The notes: generated by a model not told the origin, from the sequence alone. A stretch of 63,881 bases of DNA, filler included, from Chiloscyllium plagiosum (GCF_004010195.1; 5 parts of 2 records of this genome joined end to end with filler, not necessarily neighbours in it); one strand, 5' to 3'. Positions 33,885 to 47,442 are shown, counted from the whole stretch's first letter. Program-made: numbers and translations.

Positions 33885-35350
33885 TCAATTGTCTTTCAAT
33901 TTGAGGATGGTGTCTGCTCAGGATTTCTGCCATGGTCTCTCATGGACTGATTAGGTCTGTGGGTATATGAGACATGCCATCTCATGGGGTGGCAGGATCC
34001 AAACTGCACAATTTTCTTCTTTTACTTTCCTTCTCTATTGTTACCCTGCCTTATCTTTAAGATGCTGTGACACAAAATTCGATGCTGCTTGATGGACAGG
34101 CTGTTGCCATTTTGAAGAATTAATTGTAAATTCCTCGCAGTCATTAATATTAATGCTACTGTACTTCAAGGTGAGCTTCAGAGTATCTTTGTAGTATTTC
34201 CTTTGTCCTCCTCTGGAATGTTGGCCAGCTGAATGTTTTAAAAGAAACAAGACCAGGCATGGGAGATTCATTCAACCACTTGGACACAGTAACTAGTCCA
34301 TTAAAGCTGATTTTGTTGGGGGTTTGTCTGAAGATGTATGAAGCTTACTTCAAGAAGGTCACCAGTCATTGTTCAATAGTCTTATTGAAACAGTCCCATC
34401 TCAGGAGTGTGGCATTACCTCATGGTATTTTCCACCTGAACCAAAATATGGTTCAGAGTGGAAAATTATTTTACATAGACTGTTGCCACTAGATTAGATA
34501 TTCTACAGTATGGAAACAGGCCCTTCAGCCCAACAAGTCCACACCACCCCACCCTATATTTACCCCTGACTAATGCACCTAACAGTATGGACAATTTTTG
34601 GCTTGGCCAATTCACCTGGCTTGCACATTTTTGGATTATGGAAGGAAACCCACACAGGCACGGGGAGAATGTGCAAACTCCACACAGACAGTTGCCTAAG
34701 CTGGAATTGAACCTGGGTGCCTGGTACTGTGAGGTAGCAGTGCTAACCACTGAGCCACCGTGCCACACTAATCTTGTTTCCTATATAGTTCTCTGGGGCC
34801 TGTCTAATATTCAGTGGTCAAGGTGATATTATGTAGAATTTTTACAGAGAAGACACTGTTCTGATTTAATAAAGTGGTTATTGCAATAAATGTAACGATA
34901 TGAGTTTCAGGACTCTTGAGAAGCTGCACAGTATATGTCTGCCTCAATGAAACTCTGATGGAATTCACTGTCTCCATCCAAAGACTGGGCAAGCATGAAA
35001 TTTCATGGAGCTTAATGCAACTGCAGCATTAATTCTTTCAGAATCACTACTCCCTGGTCCTCACCTCCCACTCCACAAACCTCCAGATTCATCATATCAT
35101 CTTCTGCCACTTCCACTACCTACAAACAGACACTACCACTAGGAAGAGTTCCTGCTGTTGTTCTTGACACTTTTCTAGGATGTGTCTGACATAAAAGCTC
35201 ATGTCGGGTGTCCATCTGGAAGCCACACACAATATCTGGGAGGATTTCCCCAGTCACAGGAATTAGATGATTCAGGACAATTAGTGTCAGGATTTTCCCT
35301 GTGACAAACAAGAGGGAAATATGTAGATAGTTTCCACAGCCTGATTTACC
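33885..35350 (-). mobile_element. Fragmented RTE-clade LINE
   Basis: HSRGGQRKYYKDTLK (34041-34271) and GNYL.ISLL.VTGKIL...LN.L..EILP..CGF (35130-35350). Confidence 0.7.
34490..34768 (-). mobile_element. HE1-type SINE
   Basis: Reverse-complement HE1. Confidence 0.88.
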
Positions 35351-35354
35351 TTCC

Positions 35355-35485
35355 TTCCTGAAGAAGGGCTCATGCCCGAAACGTCGATTCTCCTGCTCCT
35401 TGGATGCTGCCTGACCTGCTGCGCTTTTCCAGAAACACATTCTCAGCTCTGATCTCCAGCATCTGCAGTCCTCACTTTCTCCTCC
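35355..35485 (+). mobile_element. Penelope pLTR fragment with hammerhead core
   Basis: CTGAAGA-aGGGC-tcat-GCCC-GAAAC at 35358-35382. Confidence 0.75.
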
Positions 35486-36549
35486 CTTCTATAGACAAGT
35501 TATCACTGTCATATTTGTGAACTTGGGCTTGTCACAGTGTTAAGCATTACTGGACCTATACGAAAATAAGACAATATTCATGTCATGCCTGCCATCAGTA
35601 AACACTAGATGGCGCTTACATGCAAAGTAGGAAACAGCTCATTTTTGTGTTCCGATGATCTATGCACCTAAAGCCCTGGTTACAGCTGATAACAGTAGGA
35701 CTGTCAGCATTATGAATACATTAAGTATCAGCCATTATAACTGGCTGCTTAACATGAAATGGACCACAGAGAAAAAAAAAACGCTGTTTTGACATTAGAT
35801 CTTTGTATTCAGGCACAGAGGCAAATGGGAGCTTGGTGAAAATAAATCAGATACAATCTAAAAATAACTGCAGTAAACAGGGATCAAATTTCACTGGAAC
35901 ATTTCCATCAGTTGCGTTTCACTAAAAATATAATAACAAAAGTAAATGTTTGTATGATAAAGATCAGGCAAGATAACTCACCAATACAACCAGGATGAGA
36001 TACAATTCAATTTTTCTGACATGATGTTTAAAGGTATTTTTATAATCCTCTCCTGCCAGATGGATTAAACTTGTGTTTTGTTTTTACTTCTCAGCATCAC
36101 AAATGTATTCATTTAGAACCAGCTTTTGAATCTCCTAATAGTGTAGACGCAGTCTGTTAACTTGGCAACATGCTTTTTTAGATTCCACCTCCTTTCTCTT
36201 TTGGAGTTTTGATCAATCAAAGTCCTTTTATTCCAAAGCCAGGACTCGGGGTGATTTATACTAAAAGTTGGTTTCCTTTGTTAATCACAAGGATTTTCCT
36301 CATTCCAAATTGCACTAAAATAAGCCATCTTTCTACTGCATGTCTGCATATCCATCCAAGTCCCTGGAGAAATTATTAAAAATCCCTACAAAGTTTTCTT
36401 TCGTGCTAGTAAGTATATTTTGATCATCCAACACAGTCAGCTGAAATTGGGAGAGACTCATCCAAATTTGGCAGGTCAGAGGTACAGAACACCGCAGGAA
36501 ACAGGTTTAGCAGAGCTCTAAGCGGCTGTCATGCTAATACAGTACCAGC

Positions 36550-36800
36550 TGCCACTGTGTCTCAGCTGGTAGAACTCTTGCCGCTGAGTCACAAGGTTTC
36601 AGCTTCAAATCTCATGCCAGGACCCAAGCACAAATATCAAGGCTGATGCAGTACTGAGGGAATGTCATGTGACCAGAGGTGTTGGCCTTCAGTTTAAAGA
36701 TTAAAATGGATCCTTGACTGACTTCCCACATGGATAAATAAGATCCCATGATGATAATTTGAGAAATAATAGCAGATTTATCTCTGGTGGTACGGTCAAA
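36550..36800 (+). mobile_element. Ancient DeuSINE (SacSINE1/AmnSINE1-like)
   Basis: tRNA-like head (tctcagctggtagaac..ttcaaatc) followed by Deu-like motifs gcagtactgaggga and aagatcccatg. Confidence 0.65.
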
Positions 36801-38724
36801 ACACTACCGCCTTGCTGTCAAAAGGTCCTGTGGCATTGTGGTGGTGCTGCTGATTCAAGTCTTTTGGTCATGAAGGATATGTCTATAATATGGCAAATCA
36901 ATTATTAACAAGATGTAAATCCTTGTAAGACACCCTGAGTACAGGTGATAAGAGCAGGAAAATCTCCTGGTCAACAATCCTGCAGAAAGCAATGGCAAAC
37001 ACTATAGTACAGGTCACTTTGCTGTAATGTGAAGTTTATTAATGTGAATTCGCTGTAATATGATTGACTGAAGTGTGAACGTTTAAAGCGTGTGTTGGTT
37101 ATAACACAATTCTAACCCCACTGGTTTAAATGATGTTGCTACTCCGTGAGTTTCTTATAAAGATTTATATATTACTAGGGATTTATTGGCACCAAGTGTT
37201 AAAGAAAAATACTGCCTGACAACAGCCCTCAGATCTGTCAAGCAAGAATTTTATATAAATCTTCGTGTGCAGAGCCAGCAAATTAACAATTGTTTCTCAT
37301 TCTCCTGAGGTGTAAGTGCAGAGATGAAAACCAAGAAAGCCTAAAAGAAGGAATTCTAACAACAACAGACATGGTTGTCTGGATTAACAATTTGAAGTGA
37401 AGAATAACTATTGCTCTACAGAGAACAGCATGTCAGCATTATTGAAATCAAAATGAACTGAGAGAGACAATTTAATCCAATATTGTGATCTGAGCTTTAA
37501 AGCTTCAAAATCTAGGTTTTCCCTGCCTAAACTTGTTTCACTAATTATATTTGGGTCAAACTATGTCTGTATGTCTGTTTTATTTCTGAATGATGTGTGT
37601 ATGTACATTTGGGTTTTAAATGAGTGTCGGCTAATTCGCAGAGTATCAGATTATTGATTTTTTTTTCTTTACCATTGGTTAAATTTAAATGTGTTTGCAA
37701 TAAATAGTTATTTTCTGTAAATTATGAAACCTAATATTAATTCCATTCATCCCAAACACCAATCAATCAGATAAATTGATCACCTTGCTGCTTTAACTGA
37801 GATTTTGCACATTTTGGTAATTATTTATGAAGCAATTGGGCATGGTTATCCACATACATTTCCCAGCAAGGTTCCCAGTGAGGTTCCTGCACTGACATAA
37901 TTTCTATGGAACAAAACTCCTCATCAAGCATTGTCCATTCCAGCCTAAGTAGTATTCTAATAGTGTGACGTGCTTTATTTATTGCCAAATAACCTCCTTG
38001 GTACTGAAAATTGAGCATTACAAGTGTGGAGCATCATTCTTTTGACTTGTTAAACTCACAAGATAGAACTATGTATTCACACCATTTGCAATAAAATAAA
38101 ATGATCAATTCAAACATTTTTAATTTAGCAAGTTCAAAATGATGCAATATAGAAGGAACTTTTTGGCACACTATATCTATGAGAGTTAATTGAATTAATT
38201 GTCCAAATTGTTCTACTTCTCTGCTTTTTGTTCATCAAATACATAAAATTTTATTTTTCAAGTTTCTATTCTGCAATCTTTTGAATGTTATTACTGGAAT
38301 TGTTTTTCATTTTCCTTTCCTTCAGTGCATTCTTGACCTTAGCATCGTGCCACAACGCTATGGAGAATGCACTAGGTAACAATTGTTTTGGTAACTTTGT
38401 TTAATTCAAAATAATGCTATATCTGAACATGTTTCTTTTGTCTGCAAAGAAGAGACATACAAATATATGCACCTTTTAGCAAGTGTAAAGGGGATGGGTA
38501 GAAGAGTGTTGGAGTAATACCTTTAATTGGTTGTTTATGTAATTCGTAGCACACTCATGATTGCTCAACAAGTGTTGTCCCACTACAGTGTTAGACAAAT
38601 TTAGTGTTAGACATTGTGTTCTGAGTATTGCAAGCGCAGACACCTTGAGGATGATCAGTACTTTGCCTACTGCGAATAATTGAACGGATGTGCTTTTTGA
38701 TATGATCCATTCAGTTTATGTACC

Positions 38725-38852
38725 ATTCCTGATGAACGGTTTTTGCCTTGAAACTTCAATTCACCTGCTCCTTGGATGCTGCCTGACCTGCTGTGCTTTT
38801 CCATCACCACACTCTCGACTCTAATCTCCAGCATCTGCAGTCCTCACTTTTG
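38725..38852 (+). mobile_element. Penelope pLTR fragment
   Basis: CTGATGA...GAAAC then ggatgctgcctgacctgctgtgc..cagcatctgcagtc. Confidence 0.7.
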
Positions 38853-39072
38853 CCGTACGGTTTAGGTACCTGGCACCTCTGCGACAACAACACCCTCAGG
38901 CAACCTCTACAGTGGTGCCTCAACAAGTCAAAGTTTCACACTCTTTTCACAGGTTGCTTTCTTTCAAATTTGGTAGTCCTGCATCTGTTCTAATGAGCAC
39001 AAGACAAAAAGGTTTTACAGCATTTCTTTCATTCAACAGCACTCACATTGTTGCTACATGAAATATTTTTTG

Positions 39073-39345
39073 ATTAGATTCCCTACAGTATGGAAACAGG
39101 CCATTTGGCCCAACAAGTCCACTCTCATCCTCTAAAGGATAACCCACCCAGATCCCTACATTTACCCTTGACTAATGCACTTAACACTATGGGCAACTTA
39201 GCATGGCCAATTCACCTGACCTGCAATCTTTAGATTGTTGGAAGAAACCCATGCAGACATGGGACGAATGTGCAAACTCCACATAATAGTTGCCTGAGGC
39301 GGGATTTGAACGTGGGTGCCTGATGCTGTGAGCCACTGTGCCACT
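39073..39345 (-). mobile_element. HE1-type SINE (older)
   Basis: Reverse-complement HE1 with deletions. Confidence 0.82.
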
Positions 39346-39479
39346 CTGTTCCACTTTAAATTTGTGCACTTTAGTCAATACAGTGTCTCCTACTGTTTGT
39401 TACACTGGCCCTCCTATTTCTCATCCACGAGCTGCCCTTAGAAAGATCATTCAAAAACTGTTTCTATATGTCTGACCAT

Positions 39480-39925
39480 GGCAGTCAACTGCGCTTTATC
39501 ATTGTTCATTAGCCTTTCATTTTCAGTTGTCACATTGATTGTCCTGATAGTTGGATGTGCAGAATTATCCTCCAAATACATACCGGTGAGACAAGGTTAT
39601 TGCCTCCAGAACCCATTTCAAACTCTGTTCCCTAACCATTGACTTCATCCATTTCCATGATAATAGCCTGCAACTAAATGATGCTGTCCTCAACTTTGGT
39701 GTTGTATTTGACCTCAAAATGACATATTCGTAACCTCTCAAAGACACCCTATTTTTATCCCTCTAACATCACTGACCTCCACCCTGCCATTATTCATTTG
39801 GTGCCCAAAATTTCAGCCATACCTAGGCCTGACTACTCCAATGAAATCCTGGTCAGCCTCTAGTTCTATCTTTCATGAACAGGAGGTCATCAAAAACCCT
39901 GTTTGCCTAGATTTAACTCACACCA
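39480..39925 (+). mobile_element. L2-clade LINE fragment
   Basis: V.NFGVVFD, IHL and LDYSN.IL motifs. Confidence 0.6.
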
Positions 39926-40173
39926 AGGTGGTAAAAACAATGACTGCAGATGCTGGAAACCAGATTTTGGATCAGTGGTGCTGGAAGAGCACAGCAATTC
40001 AGGCAGCATCCGAGGAGCTTTGAAATCGACCTTTCGGGCAAAAACCCTTCATCAGGAATAAAGGCAGAGAGCCTGAAGCATGGAGAGATAAGCTGGAGGA
40101 GGGTGGGGGTGGGGAGAGAGTAGCATAGAGTACAATAGGTCAGTGGGGGAGGAGATGAAGGTGATAGGTCAGG

Positions 40174-40328
40174 NNNNNNNNNNNNNNNNNNNNNNNNNNN
40201 NNNNNNNNNNNNNNNNNNNNNNNNNNNNNNNNNNNNNNNNNNNNNNNNNNNNNNNNNNNNNNNNNNNNNNNNNNNNNNNNNNNNNNNNNNNNNNNNNNNN
40301 NNNNNNNNNNNNNNNNNNNNNNNNNNNN
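40174..40328. other. Sized assembly gap (155 N)
   Basis: Run of N without linker. Confidence 0.97.
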
Positions 40329-40477
40329 TGAGGTGGGGGAAGGGGAAATGAGGAAGCTGTTGAAGCCCATATTGATGCCCTGGGGTTGAAGTGTTCCGAG
40401 GCGATCTTCCTCCAGGCGTCTGGTGGTGAGGGAGCGGCGGTGGAGGAGGCCCAGCACCTCCATGTCCTCGGCAGAGT

Positions 40478-40577
40478 NNNNNNNNNNNNNNNNNNNNNNN
40501 NNNNNNNNNNNNNNNNNNNNNTTAATTAATTAANNNNNNNNNNNNNNNNNNNNNNNNNNNNNNNNNNNNNNNNNNNN
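40478..40577. other. Artificial scaffold linker
   Basis: 44 N + TTAATTAATTAA + 44 N. Confidence 0.97.
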
Positions 40578-42324
40578 GAGATGCGTTGGAGGGCATCTTT
40601 AACCACGTGGGAAGGGAAATTGTGGTCTCTAAAGAAGGAGGCCATCTGGTGTGTTCTGTGGTGGAACTGGTCCTCCTGGGAGCAGATACGGCGGAGGCAG
40701 AGGAATTCGGAATACAGGATGGCATTTTTGCAGGAGGTAGGGTGGGAAGAGGTGTAATCCAGGTAGCTGTGGGAGTCTGTGGGTTTGTAAAAAATGTCGG
40801 TGTCAATTCGGTCGTCATTAATGGAGATGGAGAGGTCCAGGAAGGGGAGGGAGGTGTCAGAGATGGTCCAGGTAAATTTAAGGTCAGGATGCAATATGCT
40901 GGTGAAGTTGATGAATTGCTCAACCTCCTCGTGGGAGCACAAAGTGGCGCCAATGCAGTCATCAATGTAGCAGAGGAAGAGGTGGGCAGTGGTGCGGTGT
41001 AATTATGGAAGATGGCCTGTTCTACGTAGCCAACAAAGAGACAGGGATAGTTGGGGCACATACGGGTGCCCATGGCTACCTCTTTGGTCTGGAGGAAGTG
41101 GGAGGATTCAAAGGAGAAATTGTTAAGGGTGAGGACCAGTTCGGCCAAACAAATGAGAATGTCGGTGGAAGGGTACTGTTGGGGACGTCAGGAGAGGAAG
41201 AAATAGAGGAATTGGAAGCCCTGGTCATGGCGGATGGAGGTGTAGAGGGATTGGATATCCATTGTGAAGATGAGGCATTGGGGGCCAGGGAAATGGAAGT
41301 CTTGGAGGTGGTGGAGGGCATGGGTGGTGTCTCGAAAGTATGTGGGGAATTCCTGGACTGGGGGGATAGGACAGTGTTACAAGGTAGGTCGAGATGAGAT
41401 CAGTGGGGCAGGAGCATGCTGAGACAATGGGTTGGCCAGGGTGGTCAGGTTTGTGGATCTTGGCAAGGAAGCAGAACCGGGCAGTGCGGGGTTCCCAGAC
41501 TATGAGGTGGAAGCTGTTGGTGGGAGATCTCCTGAGGTGATGAGGTTCTGTATGGTCTGGGAGATCATGGTTTGATGATGGGGGGTTGGGGTCATGGTCA
41601 AGGGGGCGGTAGGAGGAGGTGTCCTCTAGTTGGCGTCGGCTTCAGAGGTATAGAGGTCAGTGCGCCAGACTACCACTGCACCCACCCTTTACCTGCTGGC
41701 TTGATGGTGAGGTCAGGATTGGAGCAGCAGGAGTGGAGGGCAGCGCATTGTGAGGATGAGAGGTTGGAGTGGGGGAGGGGCTAGACAGGTTGAGGCGGTT
41801 AATGTCCCAGCGGCAATTGGAAATGAAGAGGTCGAGGGCAGGTAATAGGCCAGCGCAGGGTGTCCAGGTGGATGCAGTATGTTGGAGGCGGGCAAAGGGG
41901 TCCTCGGAAGGTGGGCAGGAGTCCTGATTGTGAAAGTAAGCTCAGAGGGGGAGGCGGTGGAAGACGTGTTCGACATCAGTGCGTGTATTAAATTAATTGA
42001 TGCGGGGGTGGAGGGGGATGAAGGTGAGTCCTTTGCTGAGGACTGATCATTCGTCCTCAGTGAGGGGGAGGTCTGGAGGGATGGTGAACACTTGGCAGAG
42101 CTGGGATCTGGGATCTGGTGTGTGTCGAGCTGGGAGTAGGGGCAGAGCCTGTAACTGGAGTGGTTGTGGTGGTGGTGGAATGGGGGTGGAGTTATGAGCA
42201 GGGTGATGTTCCCCTCAGGATCCTGGGGGCCGGGGATGGTGACAGTGGGATCTGTGGAGGGCATGTCAGCCGAATGCAGGTGAGTGGCGTTGGTGGGAGT
42301 GGAAGTGGTGGCAAACACTGTGTA

Positions 42325-42781
42325 CATTGGAGTACTGTGTACATTTCTGGTCACCCTGCTATAGCAAGGATGTTATTCAACTAGAAAAAGTACAAGAAAG
42401 GGATTGACGAAGTTGTTACCGAGACTAGAAGGTTTGAGTTATAAGGAGAGACTGGATAGACTTGGCCTTTTGACCCTGGAGCATTGGAGGCTGTGTGTGA
42501 CCTTACAGATGTTTATAAAATCACAAGGAGCATAATTAGATGAAAAGCCAAGGTCATTCTCCCCAGGGTAGGGGAATCCATAACTAGAGAGCATGGGTTT
42601 AAAGTGAGAGGGGAAAGATTTAAAAGAGATCTTTTTAATGCAGAGGGTGGTTCATTTATGGAATCAGCTGTCAGAGGTAGAGGCAGGTGCAATTATAATA
42701 TTTGCAGGGCGTTTGGCCAGGTACAAATATGAAAGAGTCGGATGGATATGGGCCAAATGTAGGCAACTGGTATTAGTACAA
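42325..42781 (+). mobile_element. CR1 3' fragment
   Basis: EYCVHFWSPCYSKD..LEKVQ..SYKERLDRL. Confidence 0.8.
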
Positions 42782-43692
42782 AGTTTGTGTGAAGATTTGT
42801 AGCTCGGGTGCTCGTTGTTGTGGTTCTGTTCGCTGAGCTGGAAGTTTTTGTTGCAAACGTTTTGTCCCCTGGCTAGGCGACATCATCAGTGCTTGGGGCC
42901 ACCTGCGGAGCGCTTCTTTGATGTTTCCTCCGATGTTTATAGTGGTCTGTCCCTGCCGCTTCCGGTTGTCAGTTTCAGCTGTCCGCCGTAGTGGTTGGTA
43001 TATTGGGTCCAGGTCGATGTATTTGTTGATGGACACAATATTCCAAGTGTGGTCTCACCAAGCACTTGTAGAGCTGCAGCAAAACCTCATGGCTCTTAAA
43101 CTCGATCCCCTTCTTAATGAAAGTCAAAACACCATATGCTTTGTTGTGGTTCTGTTCGCCGAGCTGGGAGTTTTTGTTGCAAATGTTTCGTCCCCTGGCT
43201 AGGCGACATCATCAGTGCTTGGGAGCCTCCTGCGAAGCGCTTCTTTGGTGTTTCCTCCGGTGTTTATAGTGGTCTGTCCCTGCCGCTTCTGGTTGTCAGT
43301 TTCAGCTGTCCGCTGTAGTGGTCGGTATATTGGGTCCAGGTCGATGTCTTTGTTGATGGTGTTTGTGGATGAGTGCCATGCCTCTAGGAATTCCCTGGCT
43401 GTTCTCTGTCTGGCTTGCCCTATGATCATCTACATAACACTACTATCATAGGGAATTCCTAGAGGCATGGCATTCATCCACAAACTCCATCAACAAACAC
43501 ATCGACCTGGACCCAATATACCAACCACTACAGCGGACAGTTGAAACTGACAACCGGAAGCGGCAGGGACAGACCACTATAAACACCGGAGGAAACATCA
43601 AAGAAGCGCTTCGCAGGAGGCCCCAAGCACTGATGATGTCACCTAGCCAGGGGACGAAACGTTTGCAACAAAAACTTCCAGCTCGGCGAACA
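42782..43692. mobile_element. Composite Penelope (Poseidon-like) insertion: two tandem minus-strand 3' ends, one inverted copy and a captured CR1 piece
   Basis: REFLEAWHSSTN.INK.IDLDPIY motif; 13-bp duplication ggtattagtacaa at 42769-42781 and 43693-43705; hammerhead CTGATGA..GAAAC at 43630-43660. Confidence 0.85.
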
Positions 43693-44077
43693 GGTATTAG
43701 TACAATTGAGGAAACCTGGTTGGCATGAATGAGATTGGCCGAATACTTGAGACTGAGGTAAAGAGCCACAGGAATGCTTCCCATTGGTGCTTGAATCATG
43801 GAATGAGATTCCTGCTGTCATGCCGGGTCAGAGTGAGGAACTCTACAGTCAGCAGAATCAGTGGTTCTGTAATCCATCCAGACCAGTGGATGATCCACAG
43901 TGAGGTACTCCAGTACTAGCATTCATTTCAGCAGCAACATTCTTCTAGTTGATAATTTACTGGACTTGCAAACCGTGCTTCTCAGAATTCCCTCATGTTG
44001 AATGTTGCCAGTCTAAAGTCAGGGCACACTGGAGAAAACCTTGTCCCTTGACATAGAATCTACATGATTTTAATTTT

Positions 44078-44170
44078 GCTGAAAATGTGTTGCTGGAAAA
44101 GCACAGCAGGTCATGCAGCATCCAAGGAGCAGGCGAATCGACGTTTCGGGCATGAGCCCTTCTTCAGGAA
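44078..44170 (-). mobile_element. Penelope pLTR fragment
   Basis: Reverse complement of the 35355-35450 motif; flanked by repeated atgattttaatttt. Confidence 0.7.
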
Positions 44171-45249
44171 TGATTTTAATTTTCCCTAACACATGACCAA
44201 CCTTTGTTCCTGTTTATGATGGCTGGTCCTGCTTGACTAACATATTAAGTAACAGTACGATGGTCTACTTAGCTAATGATGAGCCAATTGTTTTCTTATA
44301 TTGGAGCTGTAACTTGCAAGTACATGATTCTGGTCATGTGGTAGAGTTGGAATAGTTATTAGGTTATCATGAGGTAAGTAACATGTTATGCATTTAACAT
44401 CAATGGCAATGTAATTTTATCCTCATATCTCCAGTAGATATCATTAGTAACCTGTTATTCATAGATTATGTTCACTTCAGTATGTTAGTTCTGTTCATTT
44501 TATTCTTCATTCTAAAACGTCTTCACCATTTATCACCACAGCAATAAATCTTTAGTTCAGTGCATCATTGATTCTGAATGTGGAGTCCCAATCCTGTATT
44601 AGGTGATCCTTTGCAAACGTCTGTATATTTTCCAAGCAAAACAATGTTTTGGTGTCACGTGTGTTTCCTGGGCCTTGGGGGTGTGGTTGCTTTACGTATG
44701 TTCTCATTGTAGAATATATGTATGTGTCAATGATGGGTGCCCTAAATTGTGCTAAACCCTAAAAGTGATCAAAATACAGTATGGTTGGGAAACACGTAAT
44801 CCCTATCAGATTACGAATATTTGCAGAATTTGGTTTGAAAGTAAGGTAATGATTTGGAGAATTTCCTGAGGTCAGTTTTGCCAATACGTCCAATGAATAA
44901 GCCTCACAATGTAGTATTACACTGCTGAAGTTTCCTTCTTCTTCAAGTGACCTTCCATTGCCTGATGGCTTAATCCCAGTTCTCCAACTTCTGTTCCCCT
45001 GACTTGCACTTCACTCATTGGGATATGGCCTTCCTTGCTGTCAGCTTTCACCACAGCATGAAACAGCTTCTGCAGCTCCACATTGTACTTCTGACGAGGA
45101 ACAAGAGAAGCAGCGACAAGGCCAGCAGCACCAACAGCAGTAGGAACAAGTCTAGCAGCAGCATTAACTGACTCTTCCTCAGCCACGTGGGACTCTACAG
45201 TGCAGAGCTGATGAAATCCGGCTGGCCAGAGGCAAGATCTCCAAAACAG

Positions 45250-45570
45250 GGCCTCCATGCAGAGGGTCAGCTATCTCAACATTTCTGATTCCCACTATGT
45301 CAGGAGGCTCAGTCTTCTATGGCTGTTCGGTGCTGACATCTGCAGCCTCCGAGTGCAAGACCTCCTTCCCAGTGGACAAGTGAGTCTGTCACTATTCAGC
45401 CTGTCCCAGGCTGTCAACCTCTCTCTTCAGTTCTGTTCTCTCCACAGGGAGGACACTCTTGCTGCTCGTTGTCGTAAGCTGCCTTTTCCTCCTGTCCTTG
45501 GCAAACATAAGCTCAATCCTTTCACTCAGGTCCCACAGCAGAACCTCCAGCTGTGTACCATGAGACAACT
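45250..45570. mobile_element. Possible PIF/Harbinger remnant (transposase N-terminus on +, Myb/SANT-like on -)
   Basis: + strand QRVSYLNISDSHYVRRLSL; - strand LEVLLWDLSERIELMF..DRRKR. Weak motif resemblance only. Confidence 0.4.
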
Positions 45571-45829
45571 GCCCTGTTCTTGTCTTCATTCTTGTGGTGG
45601 CTGCAGACTCAGGCATCAATGGTTCAATCATTCTAAACTCAGACAGGGTGCATGGATGTCCAGCTGCTGCAGGTTTCAGCAATGACCTGACATGAAGGAT
45701 TCCTGAGAAATATTTGACAAATTCAGTGCATCAATCTGGCCAACTTGATTGAGTGGTCAGGAAATGTCTGTCAGGTGGTTAATGTCATGGCTGAGTTAAA
45801 CAGCCAGTGCAAAATCCATTCCATGGAAG

Positions 45830-46140
45830 CAGACTATTCAGCCCATATCGACACTTCAAGCAACATCCCAATCAGATCCACACCCTACCCTAACAGTTTG
45901 AAATTCCCATGGCTAACCCACCTAGCCTGCACATCCCTGGACACCATAGGCAATTTAGCATGGCCACTCCACCTAACCTGCACATCTTTGGGCTTTGGGA
46001 GGAAAACAGGGCCACCCAGAGGAAGCCCACATAGACACAGGGACAATGTACAAACTCCACACAGGCAGTCACCCATGGGTGGAATAGAACCTGGGTTCCT
46101 GGCACTGTGAGGCAGCCATGCAAACCACTGAATCACCATA
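45830..46140 (-). mobile_element. HE1-type SINE (diverged)
   Basis: Reverse-complement HE1. Confidence 0.8.
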
Positions 46141-46149
46141 TCGGAATTG

Positions 46150-47400
46150 AAACAAGCAGATTCCCAACTCCACCCTGTCTGTAGGTGATTTAGATAATTT
46201 TTCCCATAATGCTTCCAATTGGTTCTTGAATAAAAGATTCATGTTATACCATATTGAGTATAGTTGGGAACACAACAGGCAGGAGAATCCACAATGAGAT
46301 AGGCCATATGTTGCAGCAGCAAGTGACTCTTCTTCATCATGGAATATTGAGCTATGAGCAAGTCTGCAATTATTACCTGCCTTGTAGTTGTCCTTTGGAA
46401 TATGGTGTTTACTAGGAATATTCATAGATTTTTAACCATTCCTGATGAAGGCACTAAGATATATTTCCAATTTCAGTGGCATTTTGCATTGAGGGAAAGC
46501 AGGAAATAATTGTAGTCCTGAAACTGCAACCCCTCTCCTTCTATTGATTGTGTTTGCAGGTTTGCAAGATACTTTCAAGAAAACCTTAACTGTAAAATGC
46601 TGTGGCAGGTTATCTTCTCAATTGTTTATACTGCTGCCATGTTGCACCAGGTCTGGGAGTGGAGTGAATCTTTGAAGGCGTAGATATGATACCAATCAAG
46701 ATGACTGCTTTGTGTCAAATAGTGATAAGCTTCTTGCATGTTGTAGAAATTGCATTCATCCAGGCATGTTTAGAGAGCATTTCTGAAGTACCCTCTTGTT
46801 GAACAGACTCAGTGCAGTCTGAAGCGAAATCAGTCACTCCAGAATACTTAGTCTCTTACTTGTTGCTATTACTAGTTCTTGAGGGAGAATTTAGTGAAGT
46901 CAGATAATGCTGATGAATGTCAAGGGGGAGGAGATAGGTTTTTTTTGTTAAAGATAGTAATTGGCTAGATATTCCATGATTTAACTGTTAGATGCAATTA
47001 TCAGTCTGAGCCTGGATATGTTCCTGGGCTTGCTGATGAAGGCATGGACTGCTTCAATATCTAAGGAATTGAACTTGGAAATGAACACTGCAATTATCAG
47101 TAACATCCCACTTTCTGCCCTGAGGAGTTGCTGGAACAATGTCTTGGAGCTGGGCATACTTGCTCTCACTCCAGCCAGTGGAGATCTTTTCCCTGATACC
47201 CGCTTACTCTAGTTTTGCTCCAATTTCTTGATGCCAAATTTGAGCAAATGCTATCTTGCTATGAAGGGCAGCAACTCTCACCACCTTTGGAGTTCAGCTT
47301 TTTATGTCCATGTTTGAAGCAAAACTTTCATAAGACCTCAGCCTAAATCATCCTTTCAGAACCCACATTGAGCATTAGTGAAAAGTCAAGTGCCACGTGA
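46150..47400 (-). mobile_element. Highly decayed family-B LINE
   Basis: Patchy similarity to 30550-31850. Confidence 0.55.
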
Positions 47401-47442
47401 TGCCATTATTATGCAGCTTCCAGATATGTGTGATCATGAAGT

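Larger units (their letters stand above)
39930..42320 (-). mobile_element. Penelope-like element (Neptune-like RT), frameshifted, spanning two gaps
   Basis: AELVLTLNNFSF, VAMGTRM.P.Y.CLFVGYVE, YIDDC, LPFLDL, YKPTDSHSYL and LGTLQPQGIN; pLTR at 39930-40170. Confidence 0.9.

Noticed and set aside
36240..36365. Minus-strand possible terminal exon (ctccag|GGACTTGGATGG.. with downstream AATAAA)
   Set aside because: Very short frames with no recognisable homology; cannot be supported from sequence alone.
44300..44921. Possible further solo LTR
   Set aside because: No matching TSD found for candidate TG..CA ends.
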